36,795 nucleotides of DNA from Candidatus Hodarchaeota archaeon (GCA_016839815.1 JAEOTM010000131.1:1-36795); one strand, 5' to 3'. Shown: positions 18,672-28,857, counted from the first letter of the stretch. Numbers and translations are program-made. Notes: generated by a model not told the origin, from the sequence alone.

Positions 18672-18848
18672 AAGCTCTCCATTGGAAAAGTATATAGACT
18701 AAATTTTTCTTCTGATTAACAATCTTTCAACAACCCTTTATATTTCATTCTTGAACTTGAATAAAATATTAATCAGATATGAATTATTGAATTTCTATTA
18801 AGTAAGAAACGAAAGGATTATTAGAATCAGGTAGATGAGGAATTAAGC

Positions 18849-19427
18849 ATGAGTGAAAACGCAGAATATGAATACTGCAGATTATGTGGATATGTAAGAC
18901 GAGTGGGAAAAGGAGGAATTTGTCCTGCCTGTGGAGCTCGAGAAAAAGCATTTTTACCTTATGAACACAAGGCCTCAGAACAAAGACGTATGTTTCTAAA
19001 ATTAGATGTTCATCCAGTGTCTGTACACTTCACAATATCTTATATCGCAGTAATTGCCTTGTTATATGTTATATCGATATTTTCATCTGAGCTAGTAGGA
19101 ATCTCAATAGAAGGTACACGTGATCTACAAATTATTTTCTTTCCCCTTCTTGTGATTGGAGGAGGTATTACGGGACTCATAGATGGAAAAGTTAGATTTA
19201 GAAAACTCACCACTCCTTATTTGCAACGTAAAATCATCTTAGGAAGTGTTTTGTTTGTAATCTCCGTTCTCATCTTTGTGGTCCATAATCTTGATCCCTC
19301 TGATGGATTAACTGGATTATTGGAAGGTATTTTGATCTTCTCGGCATTTGGAATCGCGAGTTACCTTGGTTGGATTGGTGCAGAAATGATATGTCCAATA
19401 GTTCCTGTTGGACGACCAAAAGCATGA
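18849..19427 (+). CDS. Rubredoxin-like domain fused to DUF2231-like 4-TM membrane domain
   Basis: CRLCGY...CPACGA..KAF (rubrerythrin-type rubredoxin); HPVSVHF, GGITGLID and LGWIGAEM membrane motifs. Confidence 0.8.
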   Translation: MSENAEYEYCRLCGYVRRVGKGGICPACGAREKAFLPYEHKASEQRRMFLKLDVHPVSVHFTISYIAVIALLYVISIFSSELVGISIEGTRDLQIIFFPLLVIGGGITGLIDGKVRFRKLTTPYLQRKIILGSVLFVISVLIFVVHNLDPSDGLTGLLEGILIFSAFGIASYLGWIGAEMICPIVPVGRPKA

Positions 19428-19517
19428 CATAATCTTCCGAAGTTTTTCGATAATCTCTAAGAGAAAAATAAAAAGAGCTCAAAGTTCCTTGAATTCAGAC
19501 GAAAGAGCGAATATCTT

Positions 19518-19655
19518 ATGAGTTCAAAACGACTTCAAAATAGAATGATATGTCCTTCCTGTAGAAAAGAACAGGGAGGGTGTTTTTCTTATTGTGTAAT
19601 ATGTGGATCAAGACTAACATTGAAGTCTGAAGAAAGAAGATTCTTAATGAAGTAA
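19518..19655 (+). CDS. Small (45 aa) Zn-ribbon protein; not in ORF track
   Basis: Manual translation: MSSKRLQNRMICPSCRKEQGGCFSYCVICGSRLTLKSEERRFLMK*, with CxxC-x10-CxxCG pattern. Confidence 0.7.
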   Translation: MSSKRLQNRMICPSCRKEQGGCFSYCVICGSRLTLKSEERRFLMK

Positions 19656-19665
19656 AAATGTGATT

Positions 19666-21189
19666 CTAGGCATTATTAGGTAATTTTATTGTAAAAATGC
19701 ATCCAGTATCTTCTTCTCCGCTAACAACTTCGATAGTACCTTCATGAGCCTGAACAATTACTTTAATGATATATAGCCCAAGACCAGTACCAGTTTGAGA
19801 ATATTCAGTTGGGATATGAGCGAATGGCTTGAATAATTGCAGCATACTGTCATTAGATATACCTGTTCCTTGATCCTGTACACAGATTGTTAATTCAGTA
19901 GGATGAAAGTTGATGCGAATATTGATGGGTGAGTCTTTTGGTGAATTTTTAACAGCGTTTTGTGCTAAATTTTCGACCGTTTGTTTGATCCTTTCACCAT
20001 CCATGTTAAAAGTCACATTAGAATCAATAAATACATTTGTATCCCAAAAAATGTTCCGTTTTGGAAACAGGATTGTGATCTGATCTTTTAATTCATTTAT
20101 AAACTCAAACAGGTTGATTTCTTCTCGATTGATAGTAAATAAATTTGCTCGAACAGAAGAGAGATCATGTACATTTCTAACCAGTCTAATAAGTCGATTA
20201 ACGTTTCGTGACATTTTTTCGACAATAACCAACAGATCTTCTTGAGATAGATCAGGACTAATTTGTAGAACATCAATATAACCACTTATAACCGTAAGAG
20301 GTGTCCTTAGCTCATGAGCTGTTGTAGCTATGAATCGTTCCTGTAATTTCTGAAGTGATTTTTCCTGAGTGATGTCGGATATTACACAAAAATTACCAAT
20401 TTTTTGACTGTTTGGATCTGTTAATGTTGAAAGAATTAACCTCGTATCTACTTCCACCCCTGATTTATTAAAAAATGTAATATCAATTGGATTTGATGTA
20501 GAATCGATGTCTAGAGAGTTTAATTCTTGTAAAAAGGCCTCCTGAAGCTTTGGACCAATAAAATCTGTGATAAGCTTTCCAATCATTTCAGTCTCTGTAT
20601 ATCTTAGCATTTTACTCAAAGCCTTATTTATGAAAACCGTCCTTAAGGAATTATCAAATAGCCAAACACCTTCACCCATCTGAGTAATTAATTTTCTGAA
20701 CCTGTCTTCACTCTCTCGGAGAGCTTTCATCATGCTTTCATACTTCGTCTCGATATAACGCATATTTTTTTCTGTTTTTGCTTCTGTAGACTGATATTTC
20801 AGTATTGTAGTTATTAGTTTTCTTTTATTAGTAATTATGGGTACCAGATTTACAGAATACGATGTAGGATCCATTGGAACAATCCATGAGCTAACAAGAA
20901 GTGTTTCTTGTGACTGGATTACTTCTTTATAGTCACTTATTCTCTCTTCACATAAGAATGGAAGCATGTCGCCAATATATTGATTTTTACGAGGTGAGGG
21001 TAGTCCCCAGCCGTGTAATAGACGTAAAAAAGTTTCGTTTGAAAATTGAAATTTTAAATGATTATCTACTATGAAAATTGGATCAGATATGAGCTTAAAA
21101 GATTGATAAAATTGATGAATAAATGTTTCATCAGTTTTACGTACATCTGCATTCGTAGTAACTGTTTTAGGCATTGCTTCCCAATCCAA
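19666..21189 (-). CDS. Soluble PAS-PAS sensor histidine kinase (paralogue of 16342..17808)
   Basis: AHELRTPL, NLAQNAVKNS, DQGTG, GTGLGL; two PAS-like repeats. Confidence 0.93.
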   Translation of the reverse strand: MDWEAMPKTVTTNADVRKTDETFIHQFYQSFKLISDPIFIVDNHLKFQFSNETFLRLLHGWGLPSPRKNQYIGDMLPFLCEERISDYKEVIQSQETLLVSSWIVPMDPTSYSVNLVPIITNKRKLITTILKYQSTEAKTEKNMRYIETKYESMMKALRESEDRFRKLITQMGEGVWLFDNSLRTVFINKALSKMLRYTETEMIGKLITDFIGPKLQEAFLQELNSLDIDSTSNPIDITFFNKSGVEVDTRLILSTLTDPNSQKIGNFCVISDITQEKSLQKLQERFIATTAHELRTPLTVISGYIDVLQISPDLSQEDLLVIVEKMSRNVNRLIRLVRNVHDLSSVRANLFTINREEINLFEFINELKDQITILFPKRNIFWDTNVFIDSNVTFNMDGERIKQTVENLAQNAVKNSPKDSPINIRINFHPTELTICVQDQGTGISNDSMLQLFKPFAHIPTEYSQTGTGLGLYIIKVIVQAHEGTIEVVSGEEDTGCIFTIKLPNNA

Positions 21190-21267
21190 TCAAGAGGACG
21201 TTAAAAAATGAAGCTGATTAGTTAATCCTATCTCATTACTTTCCAAAGAAGTTTCAGAGGTTTTAAA

Positions 21268-22380
21268 TTATTTTTGTATGTTAAGTATTGCTTTCTTAGT
21301 TGTGCTAAGAGGTTTATCAACCATATATTCTAGTGAGGTTTTCCATTTTCCTCCAATAAAATCGAAGTTTTCAGGATAGAAACAGTAAAGCATTGAACCT
21401 TTTACCTTTGTATCAAGAACATGGATCTTAAAATTTGGAATATTCTGCCAACATGCATAAGTAAAATCTGATGCCTGACCTGGACTCATCGTGATCCAAA
21501 TCAAGATCTTTTCGTCTTTAAGAAGATCTAATGAAAGAAAGAAGGGAGGAGGATCACTTCTCATTCCCTCATAAAGTTTCTCTTGTCTACGAAGGTCTAC
21601 TTCAGATCCAAAAGCAATAATTGTTTCTGTTAGATCAAAAACATCTCTATCATAAATGAATCGTATTTCTCCAATATAATTTTCTTTTACAGTTCTGTAA
21701 GCTTCTTCTATTTCTTTTTTGGCAAATCCTGCCTTTTTAGAAAGCTCATCTAGTGAAAGAGAAGCATCAGCTGTCAAAAAGCGTAGAATTTGAGCTTGAA
21801 CAGGTGTGAAAGTCGGTAATTCCATTGGAGGGTCTGAAGGAGCTGGTAAACGAGGAGGATCGACTTCTAATGTCGCAAACCAGATCGGCCAGATGAAACT
21901 CCAGTTTGATGTACCCGCATTATATTTTTCTAGATTTGGATAAGATTCTATCCTGATCCCTGTACTCTCATAAATTTCAAAAGAATCAACAACCTCTAGT
22001 TCTGTTAATTCCTTGAAAAGGAGTTCAATATGTTTCTCTGTACCGATCGGAATATCAAATATGATGAATAAACCGAGGCTGCCTCCAAAAATTCTTGAAC
22101 GATAATGAGTATAGGGATGAGCGGTACACAGCTCTTCCATTATTTCCAAACAGGAGAAGTTTGGAAGAACTGTATTAACATGAATGCGTTTTAATCCTAA
22201 TGATGCTGGGCTATATACCGCGATTGGGTTTTTAATTACTCCTTTTGTTTTTAATAGATTATATCGTTCAGTTGCTTCGGATTCTGGAACTTTAATTTGG
22301 CGAGAGAGCTCTCTCATTGACATAAAAGGATCCTGATTCAATGCTAAAAGAATTGCAAAATCCTCTGATTTGAGCTCCAT
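21268..22380 (-). CDS. Tandem Lrp/AsnC-like transcription regulator (two HTH + ferredoxin-like modules)
   Basis: ILLALNQDPFMSMRELSRQI...ERYNLLKTKGVI..SLGL; second HTH QILRFLTADASLSLDELSKK. Confidence 0.75.
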   Translation of the reverse strand: MELKSEDFAILLALNQDPFMSMRELSRQIKVPESEATERYNLLKTKGVIKNPIAVYSPASLGLKRIHVNTVLPNFSCLEIMEELCTAHPYTHYRSRIFGGSLGLFIIFDIPIGTEKHIELLFKELTELEVVDSFEIYESTGIRIESYPNLEKYNAGTSNWSFIWPIWFATLEVDPPRLPAPSDPPMELPTFTPVQAQILRFLTADASLSLDELSKKAGFAKKEIEEAYRTVKENYIGEIRFIYDRDVFDLTETIIAFGSEVDLRRQEKLYEGMRSDPPPFFLSLDLLKDEKILIWITMSPGQASDFTYACWQNIPNFKIHVLDTKVKGSMLYCFYPENFDFIGGKWKTSLEYMVDKPLSTTKKAILNIQK

Positions 22381-22479
22381 TTCTTCTCACATATTAGGTA
22401 GTTAACTTTATGTTAGCTTTTATGTTTCAATAACATCCCAATCTTCTATATCGGTACATTTAGCATTCTTAGCGCTTCA

Positions 22480-22992
22480 TTAGAGATATAGTTTAGCTAT
22501 TGGAGGTTCGGTCCCACCAATTCCTTCTGGAGGATCAAAGATGAGGGAATCTTTATCATGAGCTCGGTCATCATCTGCATAAGCCGAGCAATCCATTTTA
22601 ACGGTATACCAACCAGGTTCAGTAGCGTGATTATACATGAAAAGGACTGAGTGGTCAGAAGGACGATCACGTAAGTAGAAGATATGTTTGTACTCGAAAC
22701 CAGATGGGAGGGTTAATTCTACTTTTAATCTATAGAAATATAGTTCTCTCCAATCTCTGATTTCAATCTTTAATGTGAATTCTACAACTACATCATCCTC
22801 TGCACCATCAAAATCAGCATCACAGTAAAAAGCATTATTAATTGTAATGTCTACATAAAGATCATCTGCATCATCATCCTCCTCCCAGTCATATTCATGT
22901 GCAAGAACAGAGACCGTAGAAGAATTAAGCAGGAAAATCGAGATGATAAACAGAGTTAAGCTAAGTAACTTCTTATTATTCATAGAGTACAT
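22480..22992 (-). CDS. Secreted acidic beta-rich protein with possible Ca-binding loop
   Basis: Signal peptide (KKLLSLTLFIISIFLL..VLA); D/E-rich N-terminus; DADFDGAEDD loop. Confidence 0.7.
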   Translation of the reverse strand: MYSMNNKKLLSLTLFIISIFLLNSSTVSVLAHEYDWEEDDDADDLYVDITINNAFYCDADFDGAEDDVVVEFTLKIEIRDWRELYFYRLKVELTLPSGFEYKHIFYLRDRPSDHSVLFMYNHATEPGWYTVKMDCSAYADDDRAHDKDSLIFDPPEGIGGTEPPIAKLYL

Positions 22993-23216
22993 ACTCCATC
23001 GTGTATTGAAGAAATATTAGCATATCATGTTTTTTATACATTTGCGAGGAGAAATTTACTAGAGGGGCTTATATAATACCAGCAATATAATTTTTTATTC
23101 CCCGTTTAAATCCAGATCAGTTCAAATAAGAAATATTGTTTCTGCTTGCATGAACCAAATATTTCAACGACAATGAGAAAAAATACTCCCACCCCTCCTT
23201 TTCAGTATGTTACTCC

Positions 23217-24809
23217 TCATTCTAGATTATCTAAGTGTCTTACTCCAATATAGAGGAAGATAACTCCGAGTATCATGGTTACAAAGGTTACCACACCCAT
23301 AATATAATAGAAAGAATCAACAATTTGAAATGTGTCATACAGATACTTATCCAACATGATTAATCCAAAGAAAAAAGGAATCATAATTGAAAAAATAATA
23401 ACTTGCATGTTAATTATGTATTCCGGGGCCTTTTCGTGATAAGCTGGATTTCTTAGAAATAAACCAGTAGAAAACAGAGTTAATCCGATAGCCATACCTA
23501 TTTGATACCCTACATTGAACACTATTTCATAAAGTTGAATATTAGGTGCTAAGAGAGAAATGATTACTTCTAACACAATCGCAAGTGGTAGAATGATTAG
23601 GAAATAATGAGCTAATTTCATCTTTACGAACGAACCTGTGGTAATTGGAGTTTGTTTATAGAGGAGAAGATTTTCCTTACCTTGTAATCCAATTTCTCCG
23701 ACGATAAACGCAGTTAAAAGTGGAGTGATCATGATTGTACCTACAATTGCACTTTCTGCATCTTCAGGTTGCATAAGAAATAGATTCATAGAGGCAACTA
23801 GGGCGATAACATAGAATAACATTGTCAGGTTTTTTATCGTCCTCACATATCCTTTCCAGCTGGCCGTAACCATTATGGCAAATGAACCACTACCCAGTAA
23901 CCTAGATAGTACCCGATAGAATCTACTGTCTGGTTTAGCTTTAGCAGCAGAGAAGGATCTCAATTCAAGACTATATAACCGATTTGAAAGACTAATTCCA
24001 AGAATGAATACAGCAAAAGTAAAACCTATGAACAATATGAGTTGAATAGATGTTGAAGAAGTAATACCTAGGAGATTACTCGGATTACGTGCAATTTCGA
24101 TGACAATTTCAGCCCCCCAAGAGCTAGGAATTAATTTTAGAATATCTCCAAACCATTTTCCTTTCTCAGGATCAAGAAGGAAATCAAAGTATCCACCTAT
24201 AGCTGCATACATAATTCCAACCAAAGGAATAACTAGTAGAAAGGCTAAACCTTTACCAATGTCACGACCTCTCGCGTTTTTCATAAGAAAGGACCTGATT
24301 AGTACTGCAGTGACATTTCCAATCCAAGAGGCTGTTAAAAAAGTAATTACAAAAATACTAAGGATGAAGATGATTTGGATTGAATTAATGCCTAAGGGAA
24401 TCATAGTAATAGTGAAGAAACTCCCAATTACCATCGCAAAAGTAGCATAAAACGGCATTTTTCCAAGAAATTCACCAAACAAAAGATTTCCTGGACGAAT
24501 AGGTGTAGAAAACACATTTTCAAAGTGGTGATCTCGAATATCTTGAAGAATACTCATCATAGGTAAAAGAAAGAACATCAGGAAGAAAAAGAAAAGAACA
24601 GACTGAACTAAGACTACTGCCACAATTGAGAATAGATAAGTTTCCATCTCAGAGAGTAAGGACTCGGCAAGAGAGGGACCTAAATAAAAAATCCAGAAAA
24701 GTAATCCCCCGATTAGTAAGTAGGGAAGAAATGGACGATATTGTCGAAAACGACTTGTTGTCATCCGATAGTCGGCTTTGGCAATCGCCCACCATTGAAA
24801 TGATAACAT
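23217..24809 (-). CDS. ABC exporter permease (about 12-13 TM)
   Basis: Highly hydrophobic; VFSTPIRP and LYKQTPIT motifs; directly downstream of an ABC ATPase. Confidence 0.85.
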   Translation of the reverse strand: MLSFQWWAIAKADYRMTTSRFRQYRPFLPYLLIGGLLFWIFYLGPSLAESLLSEMETYLFSIVAVVLVQSVLFFFFLMFFLLPMMSILQDIRDHHFENVFSTPIRPGNLLFGEFLGKMPFYATFAMVIGSFFTITMIPLGINSIQIIFILSIFVITFLTASWIGNVTAVLIRSFLMKNARGRDIGKGLAFLLVIPLVGIMYAAIGGYFDFLLDPEKGKWFGDILKLIPSSWGAEIVIEIARNPSNLLGITSSTSIQLILFIGFTFAVFILGISLSNRLYSLELRSFSAAKAKPDSRFYRVLSRLLGSGSFAIMVTASWKGYVRTIKNLTMLFYVIALVASMNLFLMQPEDAESAIVGTIMITPLLTAFIVGEIGLQGKENLLLYKQTPITTGSFVKMKLAHYFLIILPLAIVLEVIISLLAPNIQLYEIVFNVGYQIGMAIGLTLFSTGLFLRNPAYHEKAPEYIINMQVIIFSIMIPFFFGLIMLDKYLYDTFQIVDSFYYIMGVVTFVTMILGVIFLYIGVRHLDNLE

Positions 24810-24814
24810 GGTTC

Positions 24815-25600
24815 TCAGTTCCTCCAGGGAGATAAATTTGAGCTAGGACTTCCACCTGTGATAGTAATAAACGCTTCTTCGAGTGTTTGTGTTTGACTCT
24901 GTGCTAGGATTTCTGTAACTGTGCCTATGGCTATTAATTGTCCCTGATGGATAATTCCAATTCTATCACATAATTCTTCAACAACTGGAAGTCTATGACT
25001 ACTGATAAGAATGGTTTTACCTCGTTTCGAGAGATCTTTTACTAATTCTTTGACTGTACGGGCTGCTCTCGGGTCAAGTCCAGCTGTGGGTTCGTCTAGA
25101 AAAATTACTTCTGGATCATGAATTATTGCAGCTGCTAACAACACTTTTTGACGCATACCTGTACTAAATCCTTCTATAAGATCATTCTTTCGTTCTGAAA
25201 GATCGAAGAAGTTTAGGAGTTCATTTATTCGAGTTTTCAAGTTTTTCAGTCCGTATAAAGCTCCCATAAATTCTAGAAACTCGTATGCCGAGAGCTTTGC
25301 ATGAACTCCTGGAGATTCTCCTAAGAGACCAGAAATTCGTTTCACCTGTTGTGTATCCTTAAGGATATCATAGCCATTGATATTGGCTGATCCATGTGTA
25401 GGTTTGATAAGTCCATTTAGTAAGCGAATTGTTGTCGTTTTTCCCGCACCATTTGGACCAAGCAATCCAAAGGTTTCGCCTTGGTTTATAGTTAAACTTA
25501 AATCATCGACAGCTCTAATCTGGCCATTTGAATAGAATTTCGACAATTCTTTTATTTGTATTAAGCCATTTCTTTTTATAAAAGTTTGTTTTGTTTGCAT
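24815..25600 (-). CDS. ABC transporter ATP-binding protein
   Basis: GPNGAGKTT, FSTGMRQK, FLDEPTAGLD, SSH. Start moved to ATG 25600 (GGTGA SD upstream, removes overlap with the upstream gene). Confidence 0.94.
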   Translation of the reverse strand: MQTKQTFIKRNGLIQIKELSKFYSNGQIRAVDDLSLTINQGETFGLLGPNGAGKTTTIRLLNGLIKPTHGSANINGYDILKDTQQVKRISGLLGESPGVHAKLSAYEFLEFMGALYGLKNLKTRINELLNFFDLSERKNDLIEGFSTGMRQKVLLAAAIIHDPEVIFLDEPTAGLDPRAARTVKELVKDLSKRGKTILISSHRLPVVEELCDRIGIIHQGQLIAIGTVTEILAQSQTQTLEEAFITITGGSPSSNLSPWRN

Positions 25601-25617
25601 GAGAATATCACCTATGT

Positions 25618-26010
25618 TTATTTTAATCGTACCCCACAATTAGTACAGAAAAAGTCTGAAAAGTCAACTAATGATCCACAATTGGTACAATACTCGAATT
25701 TAGATTTTGAATGTTCAGTCCAGGTTGAATGTGACAATTTTGGTGGATTTGGACGATGTGTTGTTACGTAATCACTATGAGTATTCGAATTTCTTGACCC
25801 AATCACAACAATAATTGGGATAAATGATGCAATTAGGACAATAATTCCTAGAACGACGAACACTAAGTTGATCGACATCCCATTCATGAACGTAAATCCG
25901 ATTAGTCCAAACATAAGAAACAATAGGAGTATTATTGACGCAATTAGTGCGAGTAGATTAGGTTTTTGACCTCTTTGTGAGGGAGGGACATATGGAATTA
26001 TTGGAATCAT
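25618..26010 (-). CDS. Two-TM membrane protein with C-terminal Zn ribbon
   Basis: Two hydrophobic helices; YCTNCG...FCTNCG. Confidence 0.8.
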   Translation of the reverse strand: MIPIIPYVPPSQRGQKPNLLALIASIILLLFLMFGLIGFTFMNGMSINLVFVVLGIIVLIASFIPIIVVIGSRNSNTHSDYVTTHRPNPPKLSHSTWTEHSKSKFEYCTNCGSLVDFSDFFCTNCGVRLK

Positions 26011-26362
26011 TTAATTTCACCAAATAATTTGTGTGTTTTTGAGCGGTTTTTGAGTTGAATTGACATTATTTATCAATTACTACTTTTTGGTAACATATTT
26101 AAATACTCTTCGAATGTGGAAAAAAATTGTAATTCGATTTTTCTGTTTTCTATCTTTAATAACTGAAAGGATTTTCTGATGATATTCGAAACTCATGAAA
26201 ATTCAGCTTAAAAATCGAGATTCCTTTTAGTATTAGGTTTCAAAATATACTATTAATCCATACGTGCAATAACTGCTTAATTAAACCAACCCCAAGCTTT
26301 ATAAGGAAATTGGTAATTTACTAATTATAGTAATATATTCATTCGAATGTGATGGACTCCCT

Positions 26363-26899
26363 GTGAAAAAGCTATCCGAATCTGAATTAATTGTAATTCG
26401 TGGGATATTTAAGAAACCGTCCATTACATTGAATGAATTGGCAGAAATATTGGAGAATGCTGAAGATCGCCAGGTTCGTAAACCAAATAAGGCTGTTGAT
26501 TTACGATCTGTTTCTAAATTCAAATCAGTTGGTTTTAAAAAAGTGAGGGAAGGATTACTAAAATTAGCTACTGATTTTCGTCTTGATCTTTCACTACAGG
26601 CAGATACTCCCGAAGAAAAAAGAAGGGAAGAAGAAGTTAACGAGGTACTTCTGCGTAATGGGATTTTAAGAGGTTTTGATTTTCGAACCAATGCAATGGT
26701 TTATCTTCTATTTATTCTCAAAGACCAATCGATACTCCCTTGGCAAGCTCACCATTGTCGTTCTCAATGTGAAATAGATTGTATGAATATCCTTGAGCTT
26801 CTCCGATCTGAACATGGTTTACCTTCCCCAAATATACAACTAGAAGTCCTTGATCTAATTGATATAACAATCAAAGAAATAGTTGCTCGTGAAACGTGA
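26363..26899 (+). CDS. Putative HTH regulator with C-terminal His/Cys metal-binding motif
   Basis: LSESELIVIRGIFKKPSITLNELAEIL (HTH-like); WQAHHCRSQCEIDC. Confidence 0.55.
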   Translation: MKKLSESELIVIRGIFKKPSITLNELAEILENAEDRQVRKPNKAVDLRSVSKFKSVGFKKVREGLLKLATDFRLDLSLQADTPEEKRREEEVNEVLLRNGILRGFDFRTNAMVYLLFILKDQSILPWQAHHCRSQCEIDCMNILELLRSEHGLPSPNIQLEVLDLIDITIKEIVARET

Positions 26900-27657
26900 T
26901 GAAAATGTCTGATCTTCCACATATAATTGGTTCTGAAATTCCTTCTACTCCACCAGATAAACCACGAATTATTCGTCCAAGTAAGAATTTTTTGTACAAG
27001 AATTATTTCCTATTTTTATTAACGGCTATCATATTTATCATAGCAATGATTATATTTGTCTTATTCGTGAATACATTGATAGGGAGTTCTCAAGGTCCCA
27101 CAGTTCAACAAGAATTAGATGATATGTTTACAATAATGACTGTGGGATTTTCATTACTATGGGTAATTCTCTTCGTGATATATGGAATTGGGATGTATAT
27201 ATACGTTAAACAGATGGTTTTTATTGTACATGGAAGTGAGATTGTAGTTAAAAAAGGAATTATTAATAAAACAGAGAAACATGTCCCTTATCGAACAGTT
27301 ACTCATATTAGCATGAGAGCAGGACCCTTTGATCGGTTATTTAATATTGGGACTGTTGAAATTCAAACAGCTGGAGGACCAAGTTCATCTCTCGAATCTA
27401 TGGCGGAAGAAAAACTTGAAGGACTTATAGTTTATCGCGAGGTCCGTGATTATATCTTAACTCAACTCCGAATGTTTCAAAAACAACAAAAAGAGGAATC
27501 AAGCATTGAAGGATCCTCACAGGTTTTAACTACAAATTCGAGAGAGGATGCACTTTTGAGTACTCTTCAGGAGATAAAAACCATTCTTTCGCAAAAATTC
27601 GATAGTTTGGAAGCAAAACTAGAGTCAATCTCTCACAAATTGAAAGATAAGTATTAA
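26896..27657 (+). CDS. bPH_2 (YdbS-like) membrane protein with C-terminal coiled coil
   Basis: Two TM; KKGII..EKHVPY..VT..GPFDRLFNIGTVEIQTAG; 4-nt overlap with the upstream gene. Confidence 0.88.
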   Translation: MMKMSDLPHIIGSEIPSTPPDKPRIIRPSKNFLYKNYFLFLLTAIIFIIAMIIFVLFVNTLIGSSQGPTVQQELDDMFTIMTVGFSLLWVILFVIYGIGMYIYVKQMVFIVHGSEIVVKKGIINKTEKHVPYRTVTHISMRAGPFDRLFNIGTVEIQTAGGPSSSLESMAEEKLEGLIVYREVRDYILTQLRMFQKQQKEESSIEGSSQVLTTNSREDALLSTLQEIKTILSQKFDSLEAKLESISHKLKDKY

Positions 27658-27766
27658 CATAATTAATATCATCGTGCATTTCATTTCGAACGAGAGATAT
27701 TGAGAAATATTCATATTACTAACGCGATAAACAGAGCTTTTTTGGATTTATGAGTAGGTTATATTC

Positions 27767-28798
27767 ATGTTAAAAGAAATATTTGTCATTGAGAACGGTG
27801 TTTTACTATTTCACTACTCCCGTGATCCTAAGAAAGCGAATAGTGATGAATCAATACTCTCTTCAGGTTTATTGACCGCAATACAAGATTTCAGCGAGGG
27901 AGCGAGGGCTGATGCACTTGATTCTTTTGCAATGGAAAATGAATATTTTCTCTTTAAGAAGTTTCCAAGTTCCCAAAAAACGCTTGTGGGAGTGTATGAA
28001 AAACACACTCCCCAGTCTTTGTCAAGAAAGTCCCTTATCAAAATCTTTGCGGTCATCAATGAGGCTAACCTTCCTGATGAAAAAGGATTTGTTGAATTAG
28101 ATACTCCTGAGAAACAATCGCTCAAGAATCAAATTTTGGAACTTAGTGCTCAGTTATTTGGCACTGAAGAAGACGTAGCTTATATAAGTGAACTGCTTGA
28201 AAAACGTACGGATATCCCTTTAGCTTTACTACTAGATTCAATAGAAAAGAAGGTTATTACTAAATTTGCTAGGCCAAAGCCATTGTTTAAACAGCAACAA
28301 GTAACCGATTTCTTTCTATTAAATTCTACGCTGAAAAAGTTAATTTCACGCTTAGGGTTGAAAGGAGATTGCGAATATTTCTGTATAATTACCAATGAAT
28401 ATGTAGTAGCGTCTGTTTATTGTGGGAAAAAAATCAGCGTTGCCACTGGTTCAATGAATAGCTTAGAAGATGATGTTCTATCAGCTGCCCTTCAGATGTG
28501 TTATTATGCTACTTTGAAAGATTTAACAGGAATTCATGGAGAAGAATATGAACATAATTCTTCAGTAGTTCAAACTGACGGCACTATAGACCACATAAAA
28601 GGTTCTAAACTTCCCCCAACTTCCTCTGTGTTTCTATTAACATTGATTAATAACTTAAACAGTTTTTCCAAGCTTTTAACAAGACGCCGTTTTGTTGAAT
28701 TTCGATTGAGAATTTCTGGAGAACAATCGTATACGCTCATTCTTCAAAGAAAGGGTATCTCTGAAGATTTCTTTCTACGAATACTTAGTTATTCTTAA
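27767..28798 (+). CDS. Longin-domain protein with additional C-terminal alpha/beta (possibly roadblock-like) domain(s)
   Basis: MLKEIFVIENGVLLFHY...DESILSSGLLTAIQDFSEG..LDSFAMENEYFLF matches the Asgard longin pattern. Confidence 0.72.
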   Translation: MLKEIFVIENGVLLFHYSRDPKKANSDESILSSGLLTAIQDFSEGARADALDSFAMENEYFLFKKFPSSQKTLVGVYEKHTPQSLSRKSLIKIFAVINEANLPDEKGFVELDTPEKQSLKNQILELSAQLFGTEEDVAYISELLEKRTDIPLALLLDSIEKKVITKFARPKPLFKQQQVTDFFLLNSTLKKLISRLGLKGDCEYFCIITNEYVVASVYCGKKISVATGSMNSLEDDVLSAALQMCYYATLKDLTGIHGEEYEHNSSVVQTDGTIDHIKGSKLPPTSSVFLLTLINNLNSFSKLLTRRRFVEFRLRISGEQSYTLILQRKGISEDFFLRILSYS

Positions 28799-28857
28799 AT
28801 AACTTGTAATTGTAAAGTAGTTCTAATTATAACTCTCTCTTCTGAGGTATTGATTTA

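Noticed and set aside
21268-22380. Siroheme decarboxylase (AhbAB/NirDL) fusion
   Set aside because: Shares the tandem Lrp-like layout, but the H-[CN]-Y-x-R motif is not properly present (HPYTHYRSR) and there are no heme-biosynthesis neighbours.
25601-25639. Longer N-terminus for the ABC ATPase given in the ORF track
   Set aside because: Overlaps the upstream gene; ATG 25600 has a GGTGA Shine-Dalgarno-like site.
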